Shown here: positions 8,580-18,429 of the stretch, piece after piece
Layout of the letters: every line of letters starts with the position of its first letter
Position numbering within the stretch: the first letter of the stretch is position 1
From: Clostridia bacterium
Lineage (GTDB): Bacteria > Bacillota > Clostridia > RUG12999
DNA length: 52,105 nt
Direction: 5' to 3'
Assembly: GCA_045534775.1 (NCBI GenBank)
Contig: JAZSKI010000017.1
Span: forward strand, 1 to 52,105
Position numbers and translations under genes: made by a program
Notes under the pieces: model-generated
Seen by the model: the letters and a program-made list of their open reading frames with translations, nothing else
What the model was told of the DNA's origin: nothing
The model's database searches: none

Positions 8580-9422
8580 ATGCGTGAAATAAATGTTTCG
8601 GAAATTACAAAAGTCGTTCGCGACCTTTGCATTTCCACTAACTGCAATCTGAATGATGATATCCTGCAAAGACTGAAAGAAGGTATAAACACAGAAAAAT
8701 CAGAGGTAGGGTCACAGATTTTGACTTCTCTTGCAGAAAATGCGAAAATCGCAAGAGAAAAGGGCGTGCCTATCTGTCAGGATACGGGTATGATGATAAT
8801 TTTTGCTCAAATAGGTCAGGATGTCCATATAACGGGCGGCAATATAACCGATGCCATAAATGAAGGTGTCCGCCGCGGCTACAGCGACGGATATTTGCGT
8901 AAATCTGTGGTAAAGGATCCATTAAGACGTGAAAATACGGGTGATAACACCCCTGCTATTATATATTATGATATTACAGACGGCGATAAAATAAAAATTA
9001 CTGCTATGCCAAAGGGCTTCGGAAGCGAAAATATGAGCAGTGTAAAAATGCTGAAGCCTTCAGACGGTGTTGAAGGTGTTATAGAATTTGTTACGGATAC
9101 GGTAAAAAAAGCAGGTCCAAACCCCTGTCCCCCTGTGGTAATCGGTGTGGGAATAGGCGGCAGTATGGACAAGGCGGCAATCCTTTCCAAAACAGCCCTG
9201 ACCCGCCCCGTAACCTCTCATAATCCCGATAAATATTACGAGGCTTTAGAAGAATTATTGCTTGAAAAAATAAACGAAACAGGCATTGGCCCTCAGGGGC
9301 TGGGCGGGAAAATAACGGCCCTTGGCGTAAATATTGAAGCCTATCCCACCCACATAGCAGGTCTGCCCGTAGCAGTGACCGTAAGCTGTCACGTAACCCG
9401 CCACGGAGAATGTGAAATATAA
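8580..9422 (+). CDS. Fe-S (class I) fumarate/tartrate hydro-lyase, alpha subunit only
   Basis: GVPICQDTGMMIIF, MPKGFGSEN and NPCPPVVIGVGIGG motifs. ATG 8580 follows GGGAGG. No beta-subunit ORF follows. Confidence 0.85.
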   Translation: MREINVSEITKVVRDLCISTNCNLNDDILQRLKEGINTEKSEVGSQILTSLAENAKIAREKGVPICQDTGMMIIFAQIGQDVHITGGNITDAINEGVRRGYSDGYLRKSVVKDPLRRENTGDNTPAIIYYDITDGDKIKITAMPKGFGSENMSSVKMLKPSDGVEGVIEFVTDTVKKAGPNPCPPVVIGVGIGGSMDKAAILSKTALTRPVTSHNPDKYYEALEELLLEKINETGIGPQGLGGKITALGVNIEAYPTHIAGLPVAVTVSCHVTRHGECEI

Positions 9423-9426
9423 AAGG

Positions 9427-9466
9427 TTCTCCCCTTTGACAGGTAATGTCGAAGGGGAGAATTTTA
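9427..9466. terminator. Bidirectional rho-independent terminator between convergent genes
   Basis: ttctcccctt (9427..9436) pairs with aaggggagaa (9452..9461), flanked by an A-run and a T-run. Confidence 0.8.
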
Positions 9467-9470
9467 ATTT

Positions 9471-9851
9471 TTATTTCACCGGAGATTTTTTAAAATGTTT
9501 GATTATATAAGTTATTCCCATACCTATAGCCGCGCCTGCCCAGTCCTTCAGTAAATCTGCAAATTCAAAGGCTCTGCCTTCCTTCAGAATTTCCTGGTAG
9601 CTTTCATCAAATACGGCAAAGAGAAAACAGAACAAAGCTGTCAAAGCTAGTGCTTTCTTCATATTCCAATATTCCTTCGCCAGACACAGGGCATTTATTC
9701 CCAGGAAGAAAAACAGCACTATATGTGCAACATAACGAAGCTCGTCGTTCTTTTCAGCTACATAATTATCTCTGGAGGATGTGTCTGCAGGTTCTTCCGA
9801 AACCGCAGAAATTATCTTTTCCGTCACATTTGTACTCAAAGCGTTGGACAT
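9471..9851 (-). CDS. VanZ-like family membrane protein (N-terminus probably extends to about 9929)
   Basis: FDESYQ....GR.FE..D...D..GA motif typical of VanZ-like proteins. An in-frame hydrophobic segment with no stop lies upstream of the first ATG. Confidence 0.7.
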   Translation of the reverse strand: MSNALSTNVTEKIISAVSEEPADTSSRDNYVAEKNDELRYVAHIVLFFFLGINALCLAKEYWNMKKALALTALFCFLFAVFDESYQEILKEGRAFEFADLLKDWAGAAIGMGITYIIKHFKKSPVK

Positions 9852-9966
9852 CTCTGCCGATTGAGTTGAAAATGCTAAAATAACGAAAACATTAATTATA
9901 AATAAAAATATAAGTATACATCTTTTTATAAATATCTCCCCCTTGAGGTTATATCCGAAAATAATG

Positions 9967-11139
9967 CTATAATCCTATTTCCCGTAAAAGCTCCTTTGCT
10001 TCGTCGGCCTTTCCCTTCGGGATGTTCCTGCTGTATTCAAGCTCCTGCCGGGTTTCCTTTGCAACGCCGCGAATAAGAAGGTTTATCCATCTGTACACGT
10101 GCATAAAGGGCAGTAGCCATCCATGCTTTAATAATATGGGGTAATACCTTTTCATAGTACAATATGGCAAGAATATTCTGGAAATTATATATTGCACTTT
10201 TCCGCCTTTTTTCTGCTGTTGCACTAATATTTTGTTTTCAATATTTCCGTGGACGCCGCCTGAAATTATAAAATTCTGCATCTTTTCGGTAACAGCATCA
10301 CATTCCTCGCCTTCAAGCCAAACCCTGCTGAGTCTGCGGGCTTTTTCGCTGAATTTCAGTAATTTCCCCCGTTTAAGCAAGCTGTCGCGCTTTTCTCTGT
10401 TTATATTTTCAATATTATCCAAAATCCATAAATCTATAAATGGTCTTATGCCGCAACCGCCTATCTGCAGGTGCTTTGCCATATGTGCTATATGGAAAAA
10501 ATAAAACATCTCGTCTGTCATTTCGTGGTAACAGGTGTATCCTTCTTTGGGTTGCACGTAATTCCATACATCATCAAGCATCTTCGTTATTTCTTTTGAA
10601 ATCCCGTCATCTATCAGTCCGAAATGAAGCTCTACGTGGACTTCTGAAGGCGAATATAGACATATATCATATTCATTCTGTTCGTGTTCGCTATATTGAA
10701 GCTCTTTTACCAGACACGAAACAGCATTTCTTAAATCCTCTTTTTTAACCAGAATATCTATATCGCTGCTTGTCCGCATCCACGGGTTTGGGTAATATTT
10801 TCTTATTTCAGAGCCTTTCAGCGGCACAAAGGAGATTTTTGCTTTTTCAAACACATTACATATTCTTGTAAGCTCATAGTTTAATTTTTCATAACGGTAA
10901 ACCGCTATAAGCGGAACCTGGTCAATATTAGTCGTCCCTTTTTCAATAATATCATTTTTTATGATTCCCATGGCCACAAGCTGTGAAACATCATGTTTTT
11001 GAGCAAGCCGGAGAACTTTTACTAAATTTTCTTTATCTGCCAGAAATTCTTTTTCGGTATCATCTACAGGCTTGTCGCTGAAAGCAGCCCTAAGTGCGGC
11101 AAACAAAGCCTTATTAATATTTTCTTCCATATAAGTCAC
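9967..11139 (-). CDS. Uncharacterised nucleotidyltransferase family protein (last gene of the polysaccharide operon)
   Basis: 390 aa. The SSDIDILV nucleotidyltransferase-fold motif resembles the PF14907-type proteins common in EPS loci. Confidence 0.6.
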   Translation of the reverse strand: MTYMEENINKALFAALRAAFSDKPVDDTEKEFLADKENLVKVLRLAQKHDVSQLVAMGIIKNDIIEKGTTNIDQVPLIAVYRYEKLNYELTRICNVFEKAKISFVPLKGSEIRKYYPNPWMRTSSDIDILVKKEDLRNAVSCLVKELQYSEHEQNEYDICLYSPSEVHVELHFGLIDDGISKEITKMLDDVWNYVQPKEGYTCYHEMTDEMFYFFHIAHMAKHLQIGGCGIRPFIDLWILDNIENINREKRDSLLKRGKLLKFSEKARRLSRVWLEGEECDAVTEKMQNFIISGGVHGNIENKILVQQQKKGGKVQYIISRIFLPYCTMKRYYPILLKHGWLLPFMHVYRWINLLIRGVAKETRQELEYSRNIPKGKADEAKELLREIGL

Positions 11140-11144
11140 CGCCT

Positions 11145-12383
11145 TCAGTCTCTCCTGAACAAGTCTCTTGTATAAACCTTTTCGTCTACATCATCCAAAC
11201 AGCTGTCATATCTGTTGGCAACTATGGCATCGGATATTTTTTTAAATTCCTCCAGGTTATTCACAATTCTGCTTCCAAAAAAGGTACTGCCGTCATTTAA
11301 GGTTGGTTCGTATATGACAACCGTTGCACCCTTTGCTTTAATTCGTTTAATAACTCCCTGGATACTGCTTTGGCGGAAATTATCGGAATTTGATTTCATA
11401 GTTAATCTGTAAATCCCGATAACACAGGGATGCTCTTTGCTTTCATTATAGTCGCCGCAGCTGTAGTAATCATAATAGCCCGCCATATTCAATATCTGAT
11501 TGGCAATAAAATCTTTTCGGGTACGGTTACTCTCTACTATGGCACTCATCATATTCTGCGGTACACTCTCGTAGTTGGCAAGTAACTGTTTGGTGTCCTT
11601 CGGCAAACAATAGCCGCCATACCCGAAGGAAGGATTGTTGTATTGGTCTCCTATGCGCGGGTCAAGGCAAACCCCTTTAATAATCTGTTTTGTGTCAAGT
11701 CCCTTCACTTCTGCGTAGGTATCAAGCTCGTTGAAATAAGAAACGCGAAGTGCCAGATAGGTATTTGCGAACAGCTTTACCGCCTCTGCCTCGGTGCTTC
11801 TCATAAACAGGGTATCAATGTTTTCTTTTACAGCACCTTCCTGCAAAAGTGCCGCAAAGGCTTTTGCCGCCTCTGCTATTCTCGGATTATCCATATCCGC
11901 ACCTATGATAATGCGGCTGGGATACAGATTATCGTATAACGCCTTAGATTCTCTTAAAAATTCAGGGCTGAACATAATATTATCCGTATTATATTTTTTT
12001 CGTACCGATTCGGTGTAGCCTACGGGAATGGTGGATTTAATAACCATTACAGCTCTTGGGTTTACCGATAGTACCGTTTCAATTACAGCTTCAACTGCCG
12101 AGGTATCAAAAAAGTTTTTTGCACTGTCGTAATTTGTCGGTGCGGAAATAACAACAAACTCCGCATCACCGTAAGCTGATTTACCGTCTAAGGTTGCGGT
12201 TAAATCAAGTTCCTTTTCGGCAAAATATTTTTCAATATATTCATCTTGTATAGGAGATTTCCTGCTGTTAATCATCTCCACCTTTTCAGGAATAATATCC
12301 ACCGCCGTTACCTGATGGTGCTGTGCCAACAATGTGGCTATAGATAAACCGACATAGCCGGTACCTGCAACTGCTATTTTCAT
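11145..12383 (-). CDS. ugd: UDP-glucose 6-dehydrogenase
   Basis: [14 protein letters not shown] Rossmann start. Catalytic region [11 protein letters not shown]. 412 aa. Confidence 0.92.
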   Translation of the reverse strand: MKIAVAGTGYVGLSIATLLAQHHQVTAVDIIPEKVEMINSRKSPIQDEYIEKYFAEKELDLTATLDGKSAYGDAEFVVISAPTNYDSAKNFFDTSAVEAVIETVLSVNPRAVMVIKSTIPVGYTESVRKKYNTDNIMFSPEFLRESKALYDNLYPSRIIIGADMDNPRIAEAAKAFAALLQEGAVKENIDTLFMRSTEAEAVKLFANTYLALRVSYFNELDTYAEVKGLDTKQIIKGVCLDPRIGDQYNNPSFGYGGYCLPKDTKQLLANYESVPQNMMSAIVESNRTRKDFIANQILNMAGYYDYYSCGDYNESKEHPCVIGIYRLTMKSNSDNFRQSSIQGVIKRIKAKGATVVIYEPTLNDGSTFFGSRIVNNLEEFKKISDAIVANRYDSCLDDVDEKVYTRDLFRRD

Positions 12384-12407
12384 TTTGTACCTCCGAAATG
12401 TTTATTC

Positions 12408-13958
12408 TCACGCTTTCCTCTTTGTAACAAAGCCCTTTATATATGCAACCGTTTCCTTAAAAATCGTTGTTCTGCCGTATATTATCAATGATAATCCGGT
12501 TACTGCTACGGCACAGACCGTTCCGTGAACTATGAAGGAAATCAACGGATTTTCAATTTTTATAAAACTGTTTAACGCCGCTGATACCATCACGCCTAAA
12601 ACAACTACGACAAACCATACGGCATATTCTTTAAAATAATTGATAACCTTTTCTTTAAAGGCATGCTTGTATATTACGTATGGGTCAAACCAAAACTGTG
12701 TCACCAGTCTTGCAATTACCGAGCCTGCATAAACACCGGGCGCTCCCCATACAAGGGCTCCCGTAATTGAAGCTATTATATTAATTATTGCCATTATCAG
12801 CGGTCTATACTGTCCTTGTACGAAGAGACCGTTTGCATCTCTGTAGGATGCGACAAGGGTAGTATTCCCTTTCAGGAAGAAGTCAAAGCACAGAAAGAAA
12901 ACCAGCCATTTATCTATGATATACTCTCCTCCCAGCCAGACATCTCCTACAAATTCATCAAGCAACACATACAGACACACCGAACATAACGCAAAGAAAT
13001 AGGTGCAGACAAAATTCATAATTCTGAAAAGCAAATACTGTCTCTTCCTGTCCTCCGATGCCGCAAGGTTTCCTATGCTTGACGTAACAGAGCTTAAAAA
13101 CTGGAGCGCCAACGCGTAAATCTCGTTTATTATCATGCTATAGTTTGATATGAACCCGACTATCGCCGAGCTGATCATAGAAGATACGATAATACTGTTT
13201 GTTCCGTTAAGAACCGTACCCGATACCTTGTACAGCGATAATGCCTTTACATTTTTAAAAATAGATTTCCTTTCCTCTTTTGAAACCCTTTCCTTCGGAT
13301 AGGCTTTAATGGTTGTGAATTTTTTATCTGCAATCAAGGCACTTACTCCGTTTTGCAGTGCGGTAAACGCTATAGTCAAAATGAGATATAGTATAAAATC
13401 CTTCCATATCGCTATAACAACAATCTGAAAAATTGTTCTTACAATTACAAAAATTGCATTGACTGCCGAAATAACATATCCCTGCTGATTTGCCGTCAGC
13501 AGTGTTGATTTGTAAATTAAAAGATATGATACCGATGTGTTTAAAACATACAGAAAATATATAAGTCTTATATCCTCTTTTACGTTGGGCACATCTGTTA
13601 TAATATGATTAACAAAGGGTAGTAATGCCGCTCCGACTAAAAATACGACCGCCGCAATGGTCCTGTATGCGGCTTTATATAAATTCATCAGTCCCGCTAT
13701 CCGGCAATAGTCCTTTTCAGCCAGTGGTTTATACAGAGAATAGGTTATTGCAGAGCCTATCCCCAGCTCTGCAAAAGACAGCACCATCAGAACCTGCGTA
13801 AAAACTGATGATACGCTTGTATATTCAATGCCTAAATATGCTATGAAAATCGTCCTTGATGCAAAATTCGCAATAAGGGCTACTAATTTATATATGAGCC
13901 CCACACTTGTATTGGCTATTGTTTTTTTTACTCTTGACCCATCACTTCGGCTATTCAT
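12408..13958 (-). CDS. wzx: Wzx-type oligosaccharide flippase (MOP superfamily)
   Basis: 516 aa, hydrophobic throughout with many TM helices. Position in the glycan operon fits. Confidence 0.8.
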   Translation of the reverse strand: MNSRSDGSRVKKTIANTSVGLIYKLVALIANFASRTIFIAYLGIEYTSVSSVFTQVLMVLSFAELGIGSAITYSLYKPLAEKDYCRIAGLMNLYKAAYRTIAAVVFLVGAALLPFVNHIITDVPNVKEDIRLIYFLYVLNTSVSYLLIYKSTLLTANQQGYVISAVNAIFVIVRTIFQIVVIAIWKDFILYLILTIAFTALQNGVSALIADKKFTTIKAYPKERVSKEERKSIFKNVKALSLYKVSGTVLNGTNSIIVSSMISSAIVGFISNYSMIINEIYALALQFLSSVTSSIGNLAASEDRKRQYLLFRIMNFVCTYFFALCSVCLYVLLDEFVGDVWLGGEYIIDKWLVFFLCFDFFLKGNTTLVASYRDANGLFVQGQYRPLIMAIINIIASITGALVWGAPGVYAGSVIARLVTQFWFDPYVIYKHAFKEKVINYFKEYAVWFVVVVLGVMVSAALNSFIKIENPLISFIVHGTVCAVAVTGLSLIIYGRTTIFKETVAYIKGFVTKRKA

Positions 13959-14976
13959 ATACTTTCCCTTCCAATATGCTCTTTAATGCAGGCTTCAGAC
14001 CTTCCTCATCATTCCCGCGGGCAACCTGCATTACTACACTGCAGAAGCTTTCATTACCTTCAATAATATCAATTTCACCGGATTCTGTAACTGCTACATC
14101 CCAAGCCACAATACCGATTTGCGGTACTACCTCTGCCGCTTTTTTAACCGTTTCCACGGCTGCCTCCCAGCAAGGTATATAAAAATCTTCTTCTGAATCT
14201 TCCAAAAACTGCTCTTGTCGGGATTCACATGCCGATAATTTGACAAAAAACGGCGAGTTTATTTTTCCTGTTTCTATATCTATACCCGCCATTTTTCCGC
14301 CTTGGGAAAAATTATCTATTTTGGCATCCTCTCCCCTGCCCGCTCTTACTCCGGCAAACAAAAGAGTTACACCGAAGTCATTTCTCACGGTTACTATCCT
14401 CATGGTGTTTAAGGAAGTAGGGTTTAATTTTTTCAGTTTGGTATGATTGTATATCTGCTCTTCAATCAGATTAAAATTCTGTTCCTTTATGTGTGCCAAA
14501 ATCTCATCAAGATCATCATTTTCCGTAATATTTATTACTTCAACCTGTTTTCCGCTGTCGCCGTAGCTTGCCTTTGCAACAACATTTTTATGCTTCGCTA
14601 AAAATGCTTTTACTTCTTCATCCGACAGCCCATCAGTGCATATCCACGCTCTTTTTATAAACTCCGAAAATTTATCTAAAAACTGTACCTTCTCATGAAA
14701 TAAATTTCTGTATTCTTTTTTGTTGATTTTATCATAAAGCTTGAAATTATAAAATGTCGTTATGTAAGTATTTCTGTTTTCGGGCGAACGGAAATAGAAA
14801 TTCAAATCTCCGTATTCACCCCAGATTGCACCGTATTTTAAGGCACATCCTATCATATCAATAATAATTTTAAAGCGCGATATGTTTTGTTGCTGTGAAA
14901 TTCTTGAAGCTACAGCTATTAAATCTTTCCGCTTATTCTTTTTATACAAATAATACAGTGGGTCTAATATATACAT
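13951..14976 (-). CDS. Sugar-transfer-associated ATP-grasp ligase (putative amidoligase)
   Basis: 341 aa. VAK.S.G.SGK.V, MRIVT and the WDVAV...GE..IIEGN ATP-grasp C-terminal signature. Overlaps the flippase gene by 8 nt. Confidence 0.65.
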   Translation of the reverse strand: MYILDPLYYLYKKNKRKDLIAVASRISQQQNISRFKIIIDMIGCALKYGAIWGEYGDLNFYFRSPENRNTYITTFYNFKLYDKINKKEYRNLFHEKVQFLDKFSEFIKRAWICTDGLSDEEVKAFLAKHKNVVAKASYGDSGKQVEVINITENDDLDEILAHIKEQNFNLIEEQIYNHTKLKKLNPTSLNTMRIVTVRNDFGVTLLFAGVRAGRGEDAKIDNFSQGGKMAGIDIETGKINSPFFVKLSACESRQEQFLEDSEEDFYIPCWEAAVETVKKAAEVVPQIGIVAWDVAVTESGEIDIIEGNESFCSVVMQVARGNDEEGLKPALKSILEGKVYE

Positions 14977-14993
14977 TCCAATTCCTCCTTATG

Positions 14994-16157
14994 TTAATTT
15001 TGTCTTAAAATGTCAGATTTCAGTCTTGCTATAAATTTTTCAAACTCTTCTGCTTCCTTTGCCGTTGCCGCCTTGATTCTATCGTCATAGCTTCCCCTTA
15101 AAGCCTCATCAACAGTATTCAATATATCTTCGTTTTTCGTGCTTTTCCCATCATAGTAAAGCTCCGGCAGGCAAAAGCGGGTTATAAACAAATCCTTAAG
15201 CTTGCCTTCATAATTTTCATCATTATATCCCGAATAATCTATTGCTACTGCAGGTGTTCCCTGTACTAAAGACAGCAGGCAACCGTGAAAATAGCTTGTT
15301 ACTACTACCGCCGCCTCCGATAATACCGCCGCCCATTCAAAAGGCGTCAAATCATAGAGATAATAATCCGCATCTGCCAAAGGATTAAAAAGAGTTATTA
15401 TTTGATATTCGTCGGAATATTTTTCTCTGATTTTTTTAACCATCTCAGATTTTGGCATCATCACGACCATATATTTTTTTCTTAAATCGCATTTATGGGT
15501 TTTAAGTATTCGCTCTTTATAGTTTTCCGCAAGGCTTTTAATTCGTTTTTTATCAATAAACAAAGTCGGGTCACAGCAATGCACCGGTTTCACATTGTCA
15601 TTGCAATATGTTACAAATTTTTCCGTATTGGCATCACGCACACCGATTAATTTCATTTTTTCAAAAGCTGTTGCGCATTCCTCCATCTGCGTCCTTGCCT
15701 CTTCAAGATAGCGCAACCCGTGAACTGATGCCGCATAGGTTACAACCTTGCATTTTTTAAAGTCATATAAGGGAATAAACGCCGATGGATAGCCGTTTTG
15801 CTTCCAGTTAAAAACCGCATCGCTGCCTATAATCAAAATATCATAGTTATTATCAATATATGAATACAGCTCTTTTAAATCCTTAAATTTATTTTTCTTT
15901 GAAAGAGATAACCGGCTATAAGATTTTTTAAAAGCATTGATTTTTTTAATATTATACCAAAATCCCGTCTTAATTCCGTAATGTTTTATATCACATAACA
16001 CATTTATCATTATTCTGCTGCTTTCATCTGATGCAACATAATCAATTATTTCCACCTCATCAGGGAAAAGTGTTGATAATTTTTCTGAGAAGGAAAAGGA
16101 TTGCAAAAATGCGCCGTAATTTATCGGTTTATGAAATGTTAATATGCCTATTTTCAT
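14994..16157 (-). CDS. Polysaccharide pyruvyl transferase family protein
   Basis: MKIGILTFHKPINYGAFLQSF N-terminus typical of CsaB/WcaK/EpsO-type pyruvyl transferases. ATG 16157 follows AGGAGGAG. Confidence 0.75.
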   Translation of the reverse strand: MKIGILTFHKPINYGAFLQSFSFSEKLSTLFPDEVEIIDYVASDESSRIMINVLCDIKHYGIKTGFWYNIKKINAFKKSYSRLSLSKKNKFKDLKELYSYIDNNYDILIIGSDAVFNWKQNGYPSAFIPLYDFKKCKVVTYAASVHGLRYLEEARTQMEECATAFEKMKLIGVRDANTEKFVTYCNDNVKPVHCCDPTLFIDKKRIKSLAENYKERILKTHKCDLRKKYMVVMMPKSEMVKKIREKYSDEYQIITLFNPLADADYYLYDLTPFEWAAVLSEAAVVVTSYFHGCLLSLVQGTPAVAIDYSGYNDENYEGKLKDLFITRFCLPELYYDGKSTKNEDILNTVDEALRGSYDDRIKAATAKEAEEFEKFIARLKSDILRQN

Positions 16158-16176
16158 ATTACTCCTCCTAAAAAAT

Positions 16177-17430
16177 TCAGTTTTCAGCAATATCTGCACC
16201 GAATATCGGTTCTTTTTCCTTTCTGCTCAGGGTAATCCACGCCAAAAGGAAGAAAAAGAGATTGTTAAACCAGATATGGTCTGTTGAAAATACCAATATA
16301 TATATCCAGAAATATATTCTTGCATTTTTCCTTGTTTTATTTCTCATACTTATAAAAATTACGGCAAGTATCAATACTCCTAAAATGCCGAAGTCCAGCA
16401 GGGTGGAAACAAAGTCGTTGGAGTAGTTTTTACTCAGCCCGAAATACAAGTGATATTGGTTAAAGCCCACACCTATAATTTTATTTAAAATGTTATACTC
16501 ATTAAAGAGTTCTATATTACCTAAAAGACGTTGACTCACAGATGAATTGGACCTTTCAAAGCTTGTTTGTATTGTAGTCAGTCTTTTCAGATAGGTATCC
16601 ACAAGGATTTTAAATTCACCGTTGAAAAGGTACAACAGCAAAGCGGCGCAAAAAGCAACTGCAAGTATAATCGTAAGTGCTGCCTTCTGTTTGGCAGTTC
16701 CCGTAAAGTCAAAGAACAAGCTATAAATTAATATAAACAATATTCCCATAACACCCAGCAATGAACTGCTTAAAATGCACGCCAGTCCTATAAGAACAGC
16801 TGTAAATATTTTTTTATTTTTTATGCAATACACCAGAACGGGCAGTTCATAAATCGCAAAATACGAAGGCTCTTCAAAAAAAGAATGTACGCGGATTTGT
16901 CCCGTGTTTTGGTCTATCATAGCACCGAAGGAGTTGTATTCACCCGTTTTAAAGGGCAATACTCCCGAATAAAAGGTATAAATACCTGCCGTCATAGCTA
17001 TAAATTGAAAAATCAGCAAAATTGCGCTTATTACTCCCACACATATTGCCGCCTTATAAAACCATTCTTTATCCACCTGTCCCCAGGCACTCGAAATTCC
17101 AAACCAATATACCACATATACGGCAAATACCTTCATTGCCAGCAAATAGTCCGTATTCCTTGAAGGAGTAATCAGCGATGCGATTAACGTAAACAGCAGG
17201 AAGAATGCCAACATTATCGGGATTTCACTGTCTCTTCTTATACTTTTGTTGATTCCCGTTAAACAAAACAACACCGCTATTATGTCTGTCAGCATTATAT
17301 CAATGCTTCCGACTGTTATTTTATACGGGTCCAATATGGGCATAATACTCAGCACAACAGCAAAAATCAGCGGTAGCTTGCTTTTTTTATCCACCATAGT
17401 TTGTCCGTCTAACCGTCTTTCTCCTATCAT
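16177..17430 (-). CDS. wzy: Wzy-type O-antigen/repeat-unit polymerase (O-antigen ligase-like membrane protein)
   Basis: 417 aa polytopic membrane protein with a large loop. ATGA overlap with the upstream gene. Confidence 0.7.
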   Translation of the reverse strand: MIGERRLDGQTMVDKKSKLPLIFAVVLSIMPILDPYKITVGSIDIMLTDIIAVLFCLTGINKSIRRDSEIPIMLAFFLLFTLIASLITPSRNTDYLLAMKVFAVYVVYWFGISSAWGQVDKEWFYKAAICVGVISAILLIFQFIAMTAGIYTFYSGVLPFKTGEYNSFGAMIDQNTGQIRVHSFFEEPSYFAIYELPVLVYCIKNKKIFTAVLIGLACILSSSLLGVMGILFILIYSLFFDFTGTAKQKAALTIILAVAFCAALLLYLFNGEFKILVDTYLKRLTTIQTSFERSNSSVSQRLLGNIELFNEYNILNKIIGVGFNQYHLYFGLSKNYSNDFVSTLLDFGILGVLILAVIFISMRNKTRKNARIYFWIYILVFSTDHIWFNNLFFFLLAWITLSRKEKEPIFGADIAEN

Positions 17431-18419
17431 ATTTTTAATTCCTCCATTTTGCGGACTATCCTTTCAATATGCTTCGGTGTGCAGTAATAGGATCCGAACA
17501 CTTCCTCGATCCCGTCCTTCACCGTCTGCACGTCAATATTATTTCTAATTATTTCTATTAATTCCGCCGGGTCTTGATTTAAATCAAAGGCTATGGCAAA
17601 AGCCTTGTTTTGAACCACTTTGCTGAAATCTGTCAGACAGGAGCTGTATATGGGAATGACGCCTGCCGATAAGTATGACGAGATTTTGGTGGGCGTTGCC
17701 ACGCGGTTTACCTCCACATCATCTCTTAAAATAAACCCGTAGGTTATTTCTTGAAGCTCCCCTGCCACTTCCGCCTTTGGCACACATTTTATCTCATAAT
17801 TCTTAATTTTATATTTTAAAATAATTTCTTCTGCCTCTTTTGTATTAAAGGTCAAAACCTTAAAAAACGCTTCAGGGACGGCTTCTTCAATTTTTGAAAA
17901 AATCCTGACGGTTTCCTCAAAGCATTGCCACACCGTTATTGACCCCACATAAGTAAAATTTTTTTTTGAATAATCCTTTCTGTCAAACACGGACGTATCA
18001 AGACTCTCATTATAGCAGGGCATAATATACACCTTATCATCAAAGCTTCTGCCCACTAATTTTTCATAATGCTTTTTCATATAATCAGACACAAAAAATA
18101 TCATTTTTGCTTTTTTTATAGCAAAGCAGTCCATATAATTAAGAACTGCCATCCTGAGACGGCTTTTGTTTCTCATATAGGATTCTTCGGCAGCGATTCC
18201 CTGCTGCCATATCATAAAGTTACGATACCCCTTCAGGTAATACATATACGCATCCTTGCCCATTGAAAAAATAATCAAATCATCTTTATCAACGGTTGAT
18301 AAATCGTTGATATTATCGCAGATATATCCCCTTTTTTTCAGAGCATCTGATATTATATTAAGATACAGGTCCAAAACCACCATATTATCATAATTAACAT
18401 ATATATGTGCTTTCTTCAT
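17427..18419 (-). CDS. Putative GT-B-fold glycosyltransferase
   Basis: 330 aa. C-terminal ..ATPTKISSYLSAGVIPI.. resembles a GT-B nucleotide-sugar binding helix. Weak family call. Confidence 0.5.
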   Translation of the reverse strand: MKKAHIYVNYDNMVVLDLYLNIISDALKKRGYICDNINDLSTVDKDDLIIFSMGKDAYMYYLKGYRNFMIWQQGIAAEESYMRNKSRLRMAVLNYMDCFAIKKAKMIFFVSDYMKKHYEKLVGRSFDDKVYIMPCYNESLDTSVFDRKDYSKKNFTYVGSITVWQCFEETVRIFSKIEEAVPEAFFKVLTFNTKEAEEIILKYKIKNYEIKCVPKAEVAGELQEITYGFILRDDVEVNRVATPTKISSYLSAGVIPIYSSCLTDFSKVVQNKAFAIAFDLNQDPAELIEIIRNNIDVQTVKDGIEEVFGSYYCTPKHIERIVRKMEELKI

Positions 18420-18429
18420 TTATTTCCCC

